From NCBI GenBank assembly GCA_023334545.1, contig JAADVB010000076.1, positions 1 through 64,000 on the forward strand: a stretch of 64,000 nucleotides of DNA, read 5' to 3'. Source of the stretch: Salisapilia sapeloensis CBS 127946. Lineage: Eukaryota; Protista; Oomycota. The translations under genes were made by a program, and so were the position numbers. The notes under the pieces were generated by a model that was not told where the DNA came from, did no database searches, and saw nothing but the letters and a program-made list of their open reading frames with translations. Shown one piece after another: positions 44,938 to 57,193 of this stretch (position 1 is its first letter; the number at the start of each line of letters is the position of its first letter).

Positions 44938-45933
44938 ATGCCCCAAGGATCGATGACAGGAGATGAACGACGTTTCGCACCGACTGCAGCGTCCATTGCC
45001 ACTCCAATAGGCACCCGAAGCTTCGTGTCGGGTGCGGCGGCGGGCGTCGTGGCCGACAGCGTCCTCCATCCGCTCGACACGATCAATTTGCGTATCAAAG
45101 TGCACAATCACGCGCACAGTACCAAGTACGCTGGCTTACTCCGCTCCATTCGCACGATCCTCAAAGAGGAAGGCGTGCGAGGATACTATGCAGGCTTCGG
45201 AACGACCCTCCTGTCGTCTCCGATCTGCGCCGCAGCCTACTTCGGGACGTACGAGACGCTCAAGTCAGTTGCGAGCAATCACCTAGAGGCAACGAAGCCG
45301 TCCAAGACGCAGGCTTCCATGGTGTACTTTGCGTCTGGAGCATGCAGTGAGCTCGTGATCTCGGCCGTGACGGTCCCGACGGAAGTCATCAAGTCTCGAC
45401 TGCAATTAGGACGCAACCCACGCATGGCTTCCGGTGGTGCGGTGCAGTACAATAAGAATTATAGAAACACTCTCAATGCGTTGAGGACGATCGTGAGGGC
45501 GGAGGGGCTGAGGGGTTTGTACTCTGGCTATACAGCGTGCATCAGTGTCGATACGCTCTACTCGGCGTGCTCCTTCCTCGCCTACGAGACGATGAAGCGA
45601 GAGTATCTTGCTGTGGCCGAGAAAGATCGTCTGGGGACGGTGGATTCTCTCGGTATTGGAGCTTTGGCAGGTGGGTGCGCAGCCTTTGTGTCCAATCCGC
45701 TAGACGTTGTGACGGTGCGACTGATGACGCAGGGGCATCGACGCGTCTACAATGGACTGCAGGACTGTATGAAGGCGACGGTCAAGAGAGAGGGCGTGAG
45801 GGGCTTGTGGAAAGGAGGCATGTGCCGCATGATCCACGTCATGCCTTCCACGGGCATCTCGTTCGGGGTGTACGAGACGATCAAGAGATGGCTCTATGAC
45901 GGAGATCTTCCTGAATTTGATCTAGACGCATGA
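44938..45933 (+). CDS. Mitochondrial carrier family (SLC25) protein, SAM-carrier-like
   Basis: Three repeats: HPLDTINLR, VPTEVIKSRLQ, NPLDVVTVRLM; EG.RG.Y.G motifs; YET.K. Confidence 0.93.
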   Translation: MPQGSMTGDERRFAPTAASIATPIGTRSFVSGAAAGVVADSVLHPLDTINLRIKVHNHAHSTKYAGLLRSIRTILKEEGVRGYYAGFGTTLLSSPICAAAYFGTYETLKSVASNHLEATKPSKTQASMVYFASGACSELVISAVTVPTEVIKSRLQLGRNPRMASGGAVQYNKNYRNTLNALRTIVRAEGLRGLYSGYTACISVDTLYSACSFLAYETMKREYLAVAEKDRLGTVDSLGIGALAGGCAAFVSNPLDVVTVRLMTQGHRRVYNGLQDCMKATVKREGVRGLWKGGMCRMIHVMPSTGISFGVYETIKRWLYDGDLPEFDLDA

Positions 45934-47139
45934 CGTGCCAATGTCCTCTGTTTAAAATACAATGTCTTTGCTCCAGTGGCATTTACGCCTGGAGTTATTA
46001 TAGTTCGTGAGGTTTTGTTCATACAAGTAGTTTTCCAAGGGAGTTTGCATTGGTATGTAGCGTAAAAATTCCATTACAGACCGGCGAGTTACTTGGTCGA
46101 ATGACATTCAGGTAGGAAGTAAGTGCGTTGAAAGATATGTACGATACAAAGTGAAGATGCGATAGCACGATGAGGAGGGATATGTAGAGGCAACGTGAGC
46201 TTACTTTGCAGAGTGAGATATGAAAAAGATGCAGCACATACGAGGCATGCTGTGAACCATCTTCAAATTGTCCTTGTTGATCCTTTATGTCAAAAACTAT
46301 GATTTTGTGGCTAGCGTCGAACAGAAGCTGTCCTCTCTTTTAGTGCTTACAGAGAAGGTAATGCAAGCTTCTTGCTACTTTGTTATCTCTTCATCTAATA
46401 AAAGTAAGAGATAAGCTGGTTGCTTTAGTGTCGTTGCGAATAACATATAAAACAAATATTTAATTATGTTGATAGAAACAAAGATAAACCTTCAGACCGT
46501 CATTATCGTCGTAGAAACTTGTTGGGAGCCTTGAGATGTCGACTCAAGGCTTTCTGATGCAATCTTACCATTAATTTGCTATATGAAAGCAAACAAGAAC
46601 TGCATTTGTTGTTTACGAAAGGCTTTTTGCTGACGCTTTCAGCTATATAGAGTCGCCGCAACATTTGGTAAATGAAGTACTCCATTTATAGACTTCTGCT
46701 TCGTTATCCATCCTTTGTTTCAAATCCATTTCGCCAAAGCAACCTGTTCGTTTAATAATGCAACGGATGCGCACGTAATTTGTCCCATCATACAGTACGC
46801 TGGTAGCCTGGACACATTCGACTCTCTACACGATTCCTAGCACAACTTCATGTAGGCAATAGGAATCCTGCAACCATGTTGCTAGGATTTTTCTCTTGAA
46901 ATCAATAATTGGCTTTAGTTTTGCTAGAGCTACGTCTTCCTGATGATGCTTATTGCTATTTGAGTTGGACACTACTTGTAGTTTTGGAGCAAAGTCAAGC
47001 ATAATTAATACCTCATGAGCTGTGCAACTTTAATGGGTAGTTGCCGGTATATGCCATGAACTACTGCCAACGACTTGACCAGCACTACGTACTAATACAA
47101 GACCGAACCACTTGTGGATATATATATTAATTTCGTTTG

Positions 47140-48795
47140 TTACTCATTCATCCGATGGGCATGCAGCCATGACACCAAATCCCATTTCGATCGTATAGAA
47201 ATCCAGTCAAGGTCATCTAGGCGGAACATTTCCGTGCCTCTTCCTCGGAGGATATAGTCCACCAGCTCAATATGTCCATTCGACGCCGCTTGAATCACAC
47301 CACGAATCGAACAAGTTCCCTTACTAGCAAGAGACCGATGCTCTAGCCACTGGAGGACTCTCAAATGCCCATTCCACGCAGCTTCATCCATCGCCAGAGT
47401 GCTGCATTCTTCTCCATTCTGATAGAGCCATTCGACAACGGGCATGTGGCCTCCACAAGCCGCCGCCGCCATCGCCTCCTCGGACGTATATCCTTCCCGA
47501 CGATGTGCACGGAGGAACTCGATCACATCCAAGTGGCCATTGCTGATGGCACCATCCATAGCCAACTTCGAGCAACCTTCAGTTCGATAATAGTGCAAGT
47601 ATTGGACGACATCCAAATGACCATTCCGAGCGCTGTCATCAAGAGCACGAATGGATCCTCCTTCATGTCTGTTTTCAGCCAGCCAGCGCACCATACTAAA
47701 ATGTCCGGCAGCAGCACTACCATCGAATGCATCGATCGTCGCCCCAGCAGCAGTATTGGCATGTAGCCACTTGACAGTCTCCAAGTGGTTGTTCCGAGAT
47801 GCCCAATCCATCGCATGCGTCGTACAACCTTCCGACCGGTTTGCATGCATCCACTTTACGATCGATAGTCGACCGCATTCTGCCGCCCAGTCTATCGCTC
47901 TGTGAGAACAAGGAGCGTTCATCGCTTCATGGAGCCAGATGACTACATCCAAATGGTTGTTTCGACAAGCCCAGTCCATAGCAGCAGGAGTGCACTCGAC
48001 CAAAGGGTAGTGCAGAGAAAGCCATTTGAGAACGCCTAGATGTCCGTTGCAAGCTGCTCTATCCAGAGCTGAGCTAGTGACACCACCGCCGCGATGTCTA
48101 TACAGCCACCGTAACAAGCCCAAGTTTCCACAAGATGCAGCACCGTCCATCGCCATGGTGGACGACGGAATGTCGCGTACATGCGTGTGCAGCCAAAAGA
48201 CAACTACCAACTGACCACCACAAGCTGCTCGGTCCAGTGTCCGAGGTGTACAGGGAGAAAGATCGTTGGACAAAAGCCACTGGACACACTTGATATGCCC
48301 TTTTTCAGCGACAATGTCGATTGCATCCGACCTACATCTCTCTGTTCTATTTTGCAACAACCACTCTGCGGTTTCAAGATGGCCGTTGGATAGGGCCCAA
48401 TCCATGGCAAAGGCTGCTGCTCCTGGAGGTACATGCGGATGTAGCCATGTGACAATGTCCAAGTGTCCTCTTTCAGCTGCACGCTCGAGGAGTTCACCTG
48501 GGAGCTCCCAGTTCGGGTGCAAAGTCTGAAGCCATTGCAGAATAGATAGCTGACCTAAAGATGCTGCTTGCTTGATGGCATTGTGCCAATCTCGATACGA
48601 GACGTACAAATTTGGATAGCACTGAAGTCGAGCTAGTAAATGACTTCGCTGATTGCGTACTGCATCGGAAATACTCAAAAGGTAGGAATGGTCGAGGAAG
48701 TCTTCGAGGAGATCCACCAATTGACCACTACCGACGATTGCATCATGCGGGCGGATTACCACTTCGACAGATCGCAGAGCGACCTCCCTTGCCAT
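47140..48795 (-). CDS. Oomycete-type ankyrin repeat protein
   Basis: Many tandem AA..GHL.(V/I)(V/L).WL / EGCT..AMD.A repeats across a single 551-aa frame. Confidence 0.92.
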   Translation of the reverse strand: MAREVALRSVEVVIRPHDAIVGSGQLVDLLEDFLDHSYLLSISDAVRNQRSHLLARLQCYPNLYVSYRDWHNAIKQAASLGQLSILQWLQTLHPNWELPGELLERAAERGHLDIVTWLHPHVPPGAAAFAMDWALSNGHLETAEWLLQNRTERCRSDAIDIVAEKGHIKCVQWLLSNDLSPCTPRTLDRAACGGQLVVVFWLHTHVRDIPSSTMAMDGAASCGNLGLLRWLYRHRGGGVTSSALDRAACNGHLGVLKWLSLHYPLVECTPAAMDWACRNNHLDVVIWLHEAMNAPCSHRAIDWAAECGRLSIVKWMHANRSEGCTTHAMDWASRNNHLETVKWLHANTAAGATIDAFDGSAAAGHFSMVRWLAENRHEGGSIRALDDSARNGHLDVVQYLHYYRTEGCSKLAMDGAISNGHLDVIEFLRAHRREGYTSEEAMAAAACGGHMPVVEWLYQNGEECSTLAMDEAAWNGHLRVLQWLEHRSLASKGTCSIRGVIQAASNGHIELVDYILRGRGTEMFRLDDLDWISIRSKWDLVSWLHAHRMNE

Positions 48796-49673
48796 GCCCT
48801 ATCCACTTTATGTTCTCGACGAACGTTTTGTAGAACTTCCTGCGTATGCTGAAGTATTCCAAGACAAAGAAAAGAATTTAGGTTGTACAGATTCATTCGA
48901 GCTGTCAATTTTCTCTTCCACAAAGCTGGTATATGTCGTTCAGGCAGAGCCGTTCTGCAAGGTCAGAGTGGTTTACTACAAAAGCGTTATAATCTACAAA
49001 GAACTTATCATAGCGTTTGTCGGTCTGCTATTTTATCATCGGCTCGGCTAATGCAAGAAGAATCTTGTATCAGGAGGCTGAACTTCAGTTTCTGATTGAG
49101 ACTACGAGTTTGGTGAATGCACATCGCTGAGGATTGTCCTTCTGAAGCAACGATCTGATTGTTGGAGATAAAATAGAGCTGAAGTTCACCATTAAGTGTC
49201 GTCCACACGAATACGATGCAAGCGTAAATCCACGATGTAAAATGATTTATTTTCTTTGTCAATGTATATTTATATCTCCTCTTGAGCCGTTTATCTTTAA
49301 GAAGTTTGATGACCGCAGGTTGTCACAATTTGGCTCTTAATCGATGTTTTAACAAGATGAAGTATGCCTACTATAAGTATGAGCAATTGAGTTGAAAGCC
49401 ATTCCACCAATTGACATCAAATACGATATCTGTAAGTGTGAAGTTGGCGGAAATAATTCCTTACATACGCGAAGACTTTTAGGACAGTCTACTACAAAAT
49501 GCTGTTTAACTCTTAAGAATTGAACTCAAACAACCTACAAAAAGAATGTTGGGAGCAATTCCATCATCCGCCGGTGAAAAATAAGCCGAGTGCATCTCGA
49601 GTTTGAGGGGCAAATTCAGAAAGCAGGTGTAACATAGCCTCTTCAACATAAAACAGCTGACTGCAAAAGGTTT

Positions 49674-49745
49674 TGCCCCCAGGCAGGATTGAACTACCGA
49701 CCTTCCGCTTACTAAGCGGGTGCTCTACCACTGAGCTATAGGGGC
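49674..49745 (-). tRNA. trnT-AGT: tRNA-Thr (anticodon AGT)
   Basis: GCCCCTA..TGGGGGC-A acceptor stem, D arm AGCTCAGTGGTAGAGC, anticodon arm CCCGC-TTAGTAA-GCGGA, GTTCAAT T-loop; 72 nt, with TTTT just downstream. Confidence 0.96.
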
Positions 49746-50249
49746 TGATGGCTGTCACAATTTTATTGTAATTTAAATTAAACAACATGAATAGAAACAA
49801 AGTAACTACTTTAGATCACCTAGGACGGGCGTAGTGTGTTTGATCGTACCCATGCTGCTGCAAGTTTGAACGAAAATTGGTTACTAGTCACAAGACACAA
49901 TTTGACACTCGGCTCTAATTGATTCAGATATCCTGAACTTTGATGAAAAGTACTAACTTAGGCATTAAACTGGATGAAGCTTCGTCTTTAGGTGATCATT
50001 GTTTTGCTTACTCGTTAAGGGAAGTCAAAGTTTGAAGACCACGCAGAAATTTGCTGTATACTGTACCCACGAATATAATCACCGGCCTGCAGAAATCTCA
50101 GACCGATTAGATAATCAACATCCAATGTTTCCATAGGATGAAAATATAATAACCGGACGACCAAAACATCAATATTCAAGCCATGGACTTATAAAACGAC
50201 TTTTAACAACTCTAATACCCCTTTAGATGATTAGTGCATGCTATTGAGT

Positions 50250-53008
50250 TCATGCAGTTTCAGAACACGGATGGTCTTCTTCTATGTTGGCGGGTAACTC
50301 TGCTTGAAACATGCAATGCTGACCGTCAGCGCAGTTGCATTCACGGCTTAGCGTATCTTCCAAAGTATACGAGAGCTCCAGACAATGCGAAGCATGACAG
50401 CGGTATGCACAGGCGATACAGACAGTATTCATCCCACAAGATCCGCACCGATAGAGGATGCGAAGACTGTCTGACTTTAGACTTTCGTGCTGCGGTAATG
50501 CAAGGCACATCTCAAACGCTTCATTGTGAAGTCAGAATGGTGAACGACAAAGCCCTATATAGTAGCGATACCTGGTGCTCCTCCAATCTTCCGTCGCTGA
50601 TTCTCTTTCTTTGGGGCTATAAAGTTAAAAAAACAATAGTGAAACGTCCAGTCAACCTGTCTTTAAAACGACAGTTACCTCGATCTCCCCATACAAATGT
50701 TCGTCCTCTTCCTGCTTTGACTCCAACCAAGTGCAGGTCGTCCAGCTCTACCTATTTCGACGGTTAAGTGATGAGGTTGATTTCTACTCGTGGATAAAAG
50801 TATGAAGATCGTACCTTCACTGGCAACAAAACGGTTGTGGTAGAAAAATCTGCATGAGGGATATTGTCATTCGCATGCACGCTCTTTCCCCATGCCCAAA
50901 CTTCTTTTCGCTCCGATAGTGCGATGGAATGATGCTCACCGGCAAATATGTATTCGATCTTTTCCTTCCGAATCTCCGTAACTGATCGAGGCAGTAGACA
51001 ATCCCAATTATCTCGGTGACCTAATGTCAAAGCCCGTCAAGGCTAACGAGAGTATACAGCGAACAACATGAAGCGATACATGTACCTAGTTGACCGTGCT
51101 TGTTACTTCCCCACGACCATACACAGACACCTCCACCTTTATCCATTTCTATACAAATTGCATGGCAAATATAAGTTTACGAGCGCATAGAAACATAATG
51201 GTTGCTCATCGCATGAATAAATGTACCTGACAAAGCCAGATTATGGGCACCTCCAGCACTTACTGTCAATACTTTCTATCGTATGAAATAAGGAATTCCG
51301 CATCGTACACAGTTACTGCAGGCATGATCACAAGTCGTCTTACCCTTCCTCGAAAAAAATCAATTCGAATTGGTCTCGCCATCGTTGTTTCGCTATTGTG
51401 GCCTAGTCGTCTACAGAAATAACGTGATGACGATAGTAGATATTAGTGGACAACATTGTTATTCACCCATTCGAGCCGCAGCCCCATGAATACACTTGTC
51501 GATCAAAAAATGTAGCGCCGATAACCGCAATAGAATGATCATTTCCAGCTGTGATATGGATGACATGCAAGATATCTAGCCCTTGTACCTTTGTTGGCTC
51601 GGAGCAGTACTCGACCGAGCCTATTACGATCGTAAGTCTGAATATACTATGTGATTGCACACGATGGTCTAGCCGCCGTACCTACGCCAAGTTGGCTATA
51701 TCGATTGTCACCAAAAGCAAATAGTCCGTCATGCTCTGTCAATATGAGAGCATGCTGTCGTCCTGCACTTAGCTGCAGAACTCTTTTGTTGGAAAAGAAA
51801 GACAGGACCCTTGGTGACGGGCTACATTCGTTATGACCAAGTCCAAGAACTCCTCGGTCACCAAGTCCCCAGACATACACTATAGAATATAGGTGAGCAC
51901 GAATAAATGCAAGACAAAAAGTTGCTTACACAAATTATGCACACGTTTATCCCTCTCTTCCATTTTATATCTTTGCAGTAATTTGGATTTGACAGATAGT
52001 CTTCGACCTTGAACAGATCTTGGTGCATTCGATGAAGACTCGGAAGGCGTTGTAGACACAATCGTGTTTGTTGGAACTAGGCAAAGCCATGTATCATATG
52101 TTAGCATGTCCAAACCCATAAACTTGACATTGTACGTACCTACTAAAGCAAATGACGAGTATTCTGTAGCTGCGATAACAGTAACCTTTCCATCGACCAA
52201 TCCTTCCACGTGATGTGGCAATGACGATTCTTTTTCTATCGATTCGATCCCTAAAGCTCCATGAGTGTTGTCCCCACAAGCAAATACCTTGGACGATTCT
52301 ATTGAAAGAGAGAGGATAAAGATAAGATGGAAAATAGCTATGCAGCAACACACCACTTAGCATCAGCGTATGATACTTTCCGGATGCCACCTATCGTCAT
52401 TTGAATCACGAGATGTACTTAGTACCACAAACAGCGACCATTGGTAAACTCATACGTCGATAAATTTGGCCTCTCGCTCGAAAGTAATTTCTGTACCACG
52501 CCGACGATAGAGCTTTACTTTTTCACTGATGATGGGCGTAACTTCTGGCTTCGCAAGCTCTCTTTCACTTTTATATAAAGCACCTCGCTCCGAGTTACCC
52601 CATCCATACTGTTGCCATCTATCTCTCGGGCCAGTAAATTCCACGTTTACATCTCCAATTCGCCACTCTTGCTTCCGATGAACGAGGCACTCTGTACAAA
52701 AGCATCCACTCTGGCCTGGAAAATGCCTACCCATCTACACGTGCGCAAGTTCGTTACAACGTACGATATGTGTGAAAAGCAGTACAGACATCTTTATCAT
52801 CTTTCTTTTTCGAAGTAGTGTCCTCTCCTGACGCTGATACTTGGTGCTTTTCAATCACGTCTTGATCACGAAGTCGTCGTCGGAGAATCTTATCGAAAAC
52901 ATTAATGTCCGTAGTCGTGTCTCGCATTGCTGCAGGTATCAGCAGACAGAGCGGGGGTTTCAGCGTCTTTTGGGAATGCTTAACCTCAAGGTAGAAAAAG
53001 AGGTCCAT
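50250..53008 (-). CDS. Multi-exon RCC1-repeat protein with a C-terminal UBR-type zinc finger (exon structure only partly resolved)
   Basis: RCC1 repeats: YGWGNSERGAL, ASGKYHT, FACGDNTHGALG, VWGLGDRGVLGLG..AGRQHAL..FAFGDNRYSQLG, AGNDHS..YSWGCG, AGEHHS..WAWG. The C-terminus is YRCGSC...VCIACAYRCHASH...ECNC. Confidence 0.75.
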
Positions 53009-53178
53009 GAGTACGTGTGTGATAATAGCAAGAAACGCAGCCTTTGATATTCAAGTCCATGTACTTTAATTAAACTAGTGACTACTTCTGACGATGGAAA
53101 ATATCAATGCGAAGTTGAATCGCTCAATTGATGACGTAACTACCTTGAAGATGCTGGGGTGTTGGATACAGGTCATCC

Positions 53179-53619
53179 TCACACCATCACCTCTGGCTCC
53201 ATGTCACTAGCAATAAGGCTGTTGATGATGCTCATCAGCGACTGCAAGTCTTCATCGTTGTTTGTGTCCACGAGGACCGTGTCGATGGGATCAAATACGA
53301 GTGGAGAACTAACAAAGCTGACATCGGTTGGACTCGCTGGTCGTTGGCATTCTCCAGCAGGTGCGACGCCTGCTCTCTCGGCTTTCTTTGCTTCTCGCTT
53401 CTTGCGTTCAAGTCGTCGCTGGTTGTAGTTTGCTCGCTCTCGATGGTACTCGCAGAATCGGTGGAAGGCTCCGTCGCGCTTAATCGCTCGGAAGTTGGAG
53501 CAGACTTTACTTGGGTATCCGCACCGTGGGTGCTGACTCATTGGAGCCTTTGAACACTGGGGTTCAAGTGCACACAAGCTGGAGTCCAGAAAGGTGTCGA
53601 GTGGAAGGTCAGAGTACAT
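53179..53619 (-). CDS. Oomycete-type C-x6-C-x15-C-x2-H zinc finger plus basic helix protein (putative transcription factor)
   Basis: RCGYPSKVCSNFRAIKRDGAFHRFCEYHRERANYNQRRLERKKRE followed by an acidic tail. Confidence 0.8.
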   Translation of the reverse strand: MYSDLPLDTFLDSSLCALEPQCSKAPMSQHPRCGYPSKVCSNFRAIKRDGAFHRFCEYHRERANYNQRRLERKKREAKKAERAGVAPAGECQRPASPTDVSFVSSPLVFDPIDTVLVDTNNDEDLQSLMSIINSLIASDMEPEVMV

Positions 53620-55247
53620 GGTTGTTTGAAGTGTAATGTGCTCGAGGGCTCAAATGTAGGAATGAGCACTCACAGCGGAGCCCCACCTTCTATTCTAATG
53701 ATGTGTGGTCGGCTGCGGATTTTCGGATCCTATTTGAACCCTCTCAGCTCATCTTCAAAGCCAGTCCATCTTTCCCGGATATCCCGTCGTTTTTCGAGAT
53801 CTTACCACAGGGTCGCCCATTGCGTTTGTAAACTTCCCAGTCAAACCTTTCTATATCTCGGACAGTGGGATGACCCATGGCTTAGTTATCCCACTTTAGT
53901 GAGTGCATATGCCAGTAACGTCAGATGAACTGCACCCAATGTAGCCTGTCGTCGGTGGTCTCCATTAGCTTCTCTCTTTCTTAAGCACGTTCTACCAGGT
54001 GAATTATTCTGTCGATGACAACTTCATCCAGGGTCTATTGAGGTTACGCTATAGACCTAGATGAAATATTCCGTCGATGAGGCGAGCCACCGTCGCTAGA
54101 TGACGCAACACGCTTCATATTCGAATTGGCGACGGCGCGAATCCATGGATAGACATGATCACGATCACGGATTTTAATACAGCAAGTAGTTTGTCCCACC
54201 AGCACTATCGCGATCAAATGACGACTGCATCTAATTGCTGGAGAGGGTGCGTCGTAACGTTGGCTTGACTACCATCCGGATTTGCGACTGTCAAGTCTGA
54301 CAGCGGCTTGACTTTCTATGGTCCTGTTTGGTGCGGTGCAGAGAAATCCAGTTCAATTTTGATTACAGTAGGATGCGAGAGCCAAAATGTCATCATAGGT
54401 ATCATGGTCATCGAAAGTGTCGTTACTGAGTTACTCGTCACAGACACTCCACACAAAGCTAGACTATCCACCTAGCACGTGCTGTTTATTAGCGAAAATC
54501 CAGGTACGTCGGCATGATCCCAATCACACCGATACCGTTTCAAGCGGATATTATGCGAAACGAGCGAGATGTCTTACCTTACAGGCCATACCATGGGGGA
54601 TGAGTACCTACCACTCATTCCATTAAAGTTGAAAGGGCACTACTGCCACGGTGGTGAACCCATTGCATAGGTCGGACAAAGTAGTTTAAACCTTGAACAA
54701 AGTAGCAATAACCAAGATGGCGTTCCGCGCAATGGGAGTTCAGGTGGCAGAGTGGCTTCAATGTTTGCATGGGAGCGCATCCAATTCGTTGAAATCACTG
54801 ATTTATAAGGAGCAGCCCATCTTCACGGGCCCATCTAGTGTAGACATCCTAGGTTCTCACATACCTTAGAGCCATCCAAGCAGCAATCACAACGACGCAT
54901 CCCATCTCAGGCAGAGATTACTTCTCAGCCTGAAATGTGGGATACAAAACCACTCATATACCCAAACTTTATAAATAGGAAACAAAATCCAGCCACCAAG
55001 TGTCCAAGATATCGTCTATCTCTAGCCTCTCATCATTATCCTATCCGCTCCCTCCAGATAGAGCGACCATAGAAGATCTACCAGTCCATACAGCAGTTTG
55101 GACGATACCGCTTTATTGCACACAGTGTCGTCACACTACTTGCAGAAACTATAGTCCCTCAAAAGCATCCACTTGAAGTTGTCTTCTGAGAATGTCAAAA
55201 AGGATTTAAAAGCTCCTTCAGTATACAAAAGCCCCTCGACACGTATC

Positions 55248-56895
55248 ATGGTCCTCACGACGCTCCTCCGCTCCTCCCGCCGCCTTCCTCTCCAGACCTC
55301 GGCACTACGTAGTCTGTCTACGTCAGCCCATCCGTTCCTGGAAGAGATCGGTCTTAAATCGGAAAACTTTGGCGTCTACAATGGCGAGTGGGTCGGTAGC
55401 GGCCCCAAGCTCACGTCGGTGAACCCTGCGACGGGCGAGCAGATTGGCTCTGTCATCGGTGGTACCAAGGATGATTATGAAAAGGCCGTTGCCAACATGA
55501 CTGCCGCCAAGCGGGACTGGGCCAACCTCCCAGCTCCGCAGCGAGGCGAGATCGTTCGTCAGATCGGCGAAGAGCTCCGAGCCAAGATCGTTCCGCTGTC
55601 CAAGATCATTTCCCTGGAAATGGGTAAAATCTTCGTCGAGGTACAACTCCCCACTCTACCTCCACATCCTACAACTTAACTAATATTCATTCACACAGGG
55701 CATGGGCGAAGTACAAGAAGCCATCGATATTTGCGACTTTGCCGTCGGTCTCAGTCGTTCTCTCAATGGCTCTGTCATTCCATCGGAACGTCCTGGTCAC
55801 TTCATGATGGAGCGATACAACCCACTGCAAGGCCACGTGGGTATAATTACGGCCTTCAACTTCCCCTGCGCCGTCCTCTTCTGGAACGCTGCGCTCAGTC
55901 TCATCTGCGGCAACACGCAGCTTTGGAAACCAGCCGAGTCCGTCTCCATGACTGCCATCGCCTTCCAAAAGGTCATTGTCGACGTCTTGGAACGCAACGG
56001 ACACCCTGGTGCCATCGCCTCTCTCGTCTGCGGCAAGGGAGCAGAGATCGGAGAAGCTATCGCCAACGACAAGCGCATGGAGCTCGTCTCCTTCACAGGC
56101 TCTACCGCTACGGGACGCAAGGTCAGTGAGACTGTCGCATCCCGCTTCGGTAAATCCATCCTGGAGCTCGGCGGAAACAACGCCATGGTCGTGCATGAAG
56201 ACGCCGACCTAGAGCTAGCTCTCCGCGCGACACTCTTCTCGGCTGTCGGTACTGCTGGCCAACGCTGCACGTCGCTCCGCCGTCTGTACCTGCACGAGAG
56301 CATCTACGACAGCTTTGTCGACCGTCTCGTAACGTCGTACAAGGGCATCAAGATGGGCGACCCGCTAGAAGACGGCGTCCTCCTTGGTCCTCTCCACAAC
56401 CAACAGGCAGTCGACAACTACGTCAACGGCATTGAGGAGATCAAGAAGGAAGGCGGAAAGATCTTGACGGGTGGAAAGAAAGTGGAGGGAAGCGGCAACT
56501 ACGTCGAGCCGACGGTTGTCGAGATCGACCACGACGCATCTGTCGTCCAGAAAGAACTATTTGCTCCCGTGCTGTACGTGACCAAGTTCTCGACGTTGGA
56601 AGACGCCATCGAGAAGAACAATGACGTGCCGCAGGGTCTGTCCTCGTCGCTCTTTACGACCAGCCAGGCGGCTGTCTTCCAGTGGACTGGACCGGCGGGA
56701 TCGGACACGGGTATCGTAAACGTGAACATCGGCCCGAGTGGCGCTGAGATCGGCGGTGCCTTTGGTGGTGAGAAGGACACGGGCGGCGGACGTGAATCTG
56801 GAAGTGACGCGTGGAAGCAGTACTGCCGTCGCTCGACGTGCACGATCAACCACAGCAAGGAGCTCCCGTTGGCGCAAGGCATTGACTTCAGCTAG
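55248..56895 (+). CDS. ALDH7A1: Aldehyde dehydrogenase family 7 (antiquitin, alpha-aminoadipic semialdehyde dehydrogenase); intron 55641..55698
   Basis: Mitochondrial-type presequence, [61 protein letters not shown]. Confidence 0.97.
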
Positions 56896-57193
56896 ATAAA
56901 TGGATAATACATGAAGCTATCAGTGTCCAACTTTCTGCCTTTGTTTTCTATACTAAAACAAGTCGGCGTACCCCAAAGACGACGCCACGTCTTTCAGAAC
57001 TTTTACTTTTGTTATCTGTGACGATACCATGTGCGTACTTTGACAGAAAATAATACAAGAGAAATTGATAAAGTGCCACTTAAGCATGGTAACCTTGAAA
57101 CGGTTCAGCTAGTGGGACTTAAAATACATCGACGCAGCAACTTATAGCGCCACTCAATTCTGCATTGCAAAAGTTTGAAGCAAGCGAATATTT

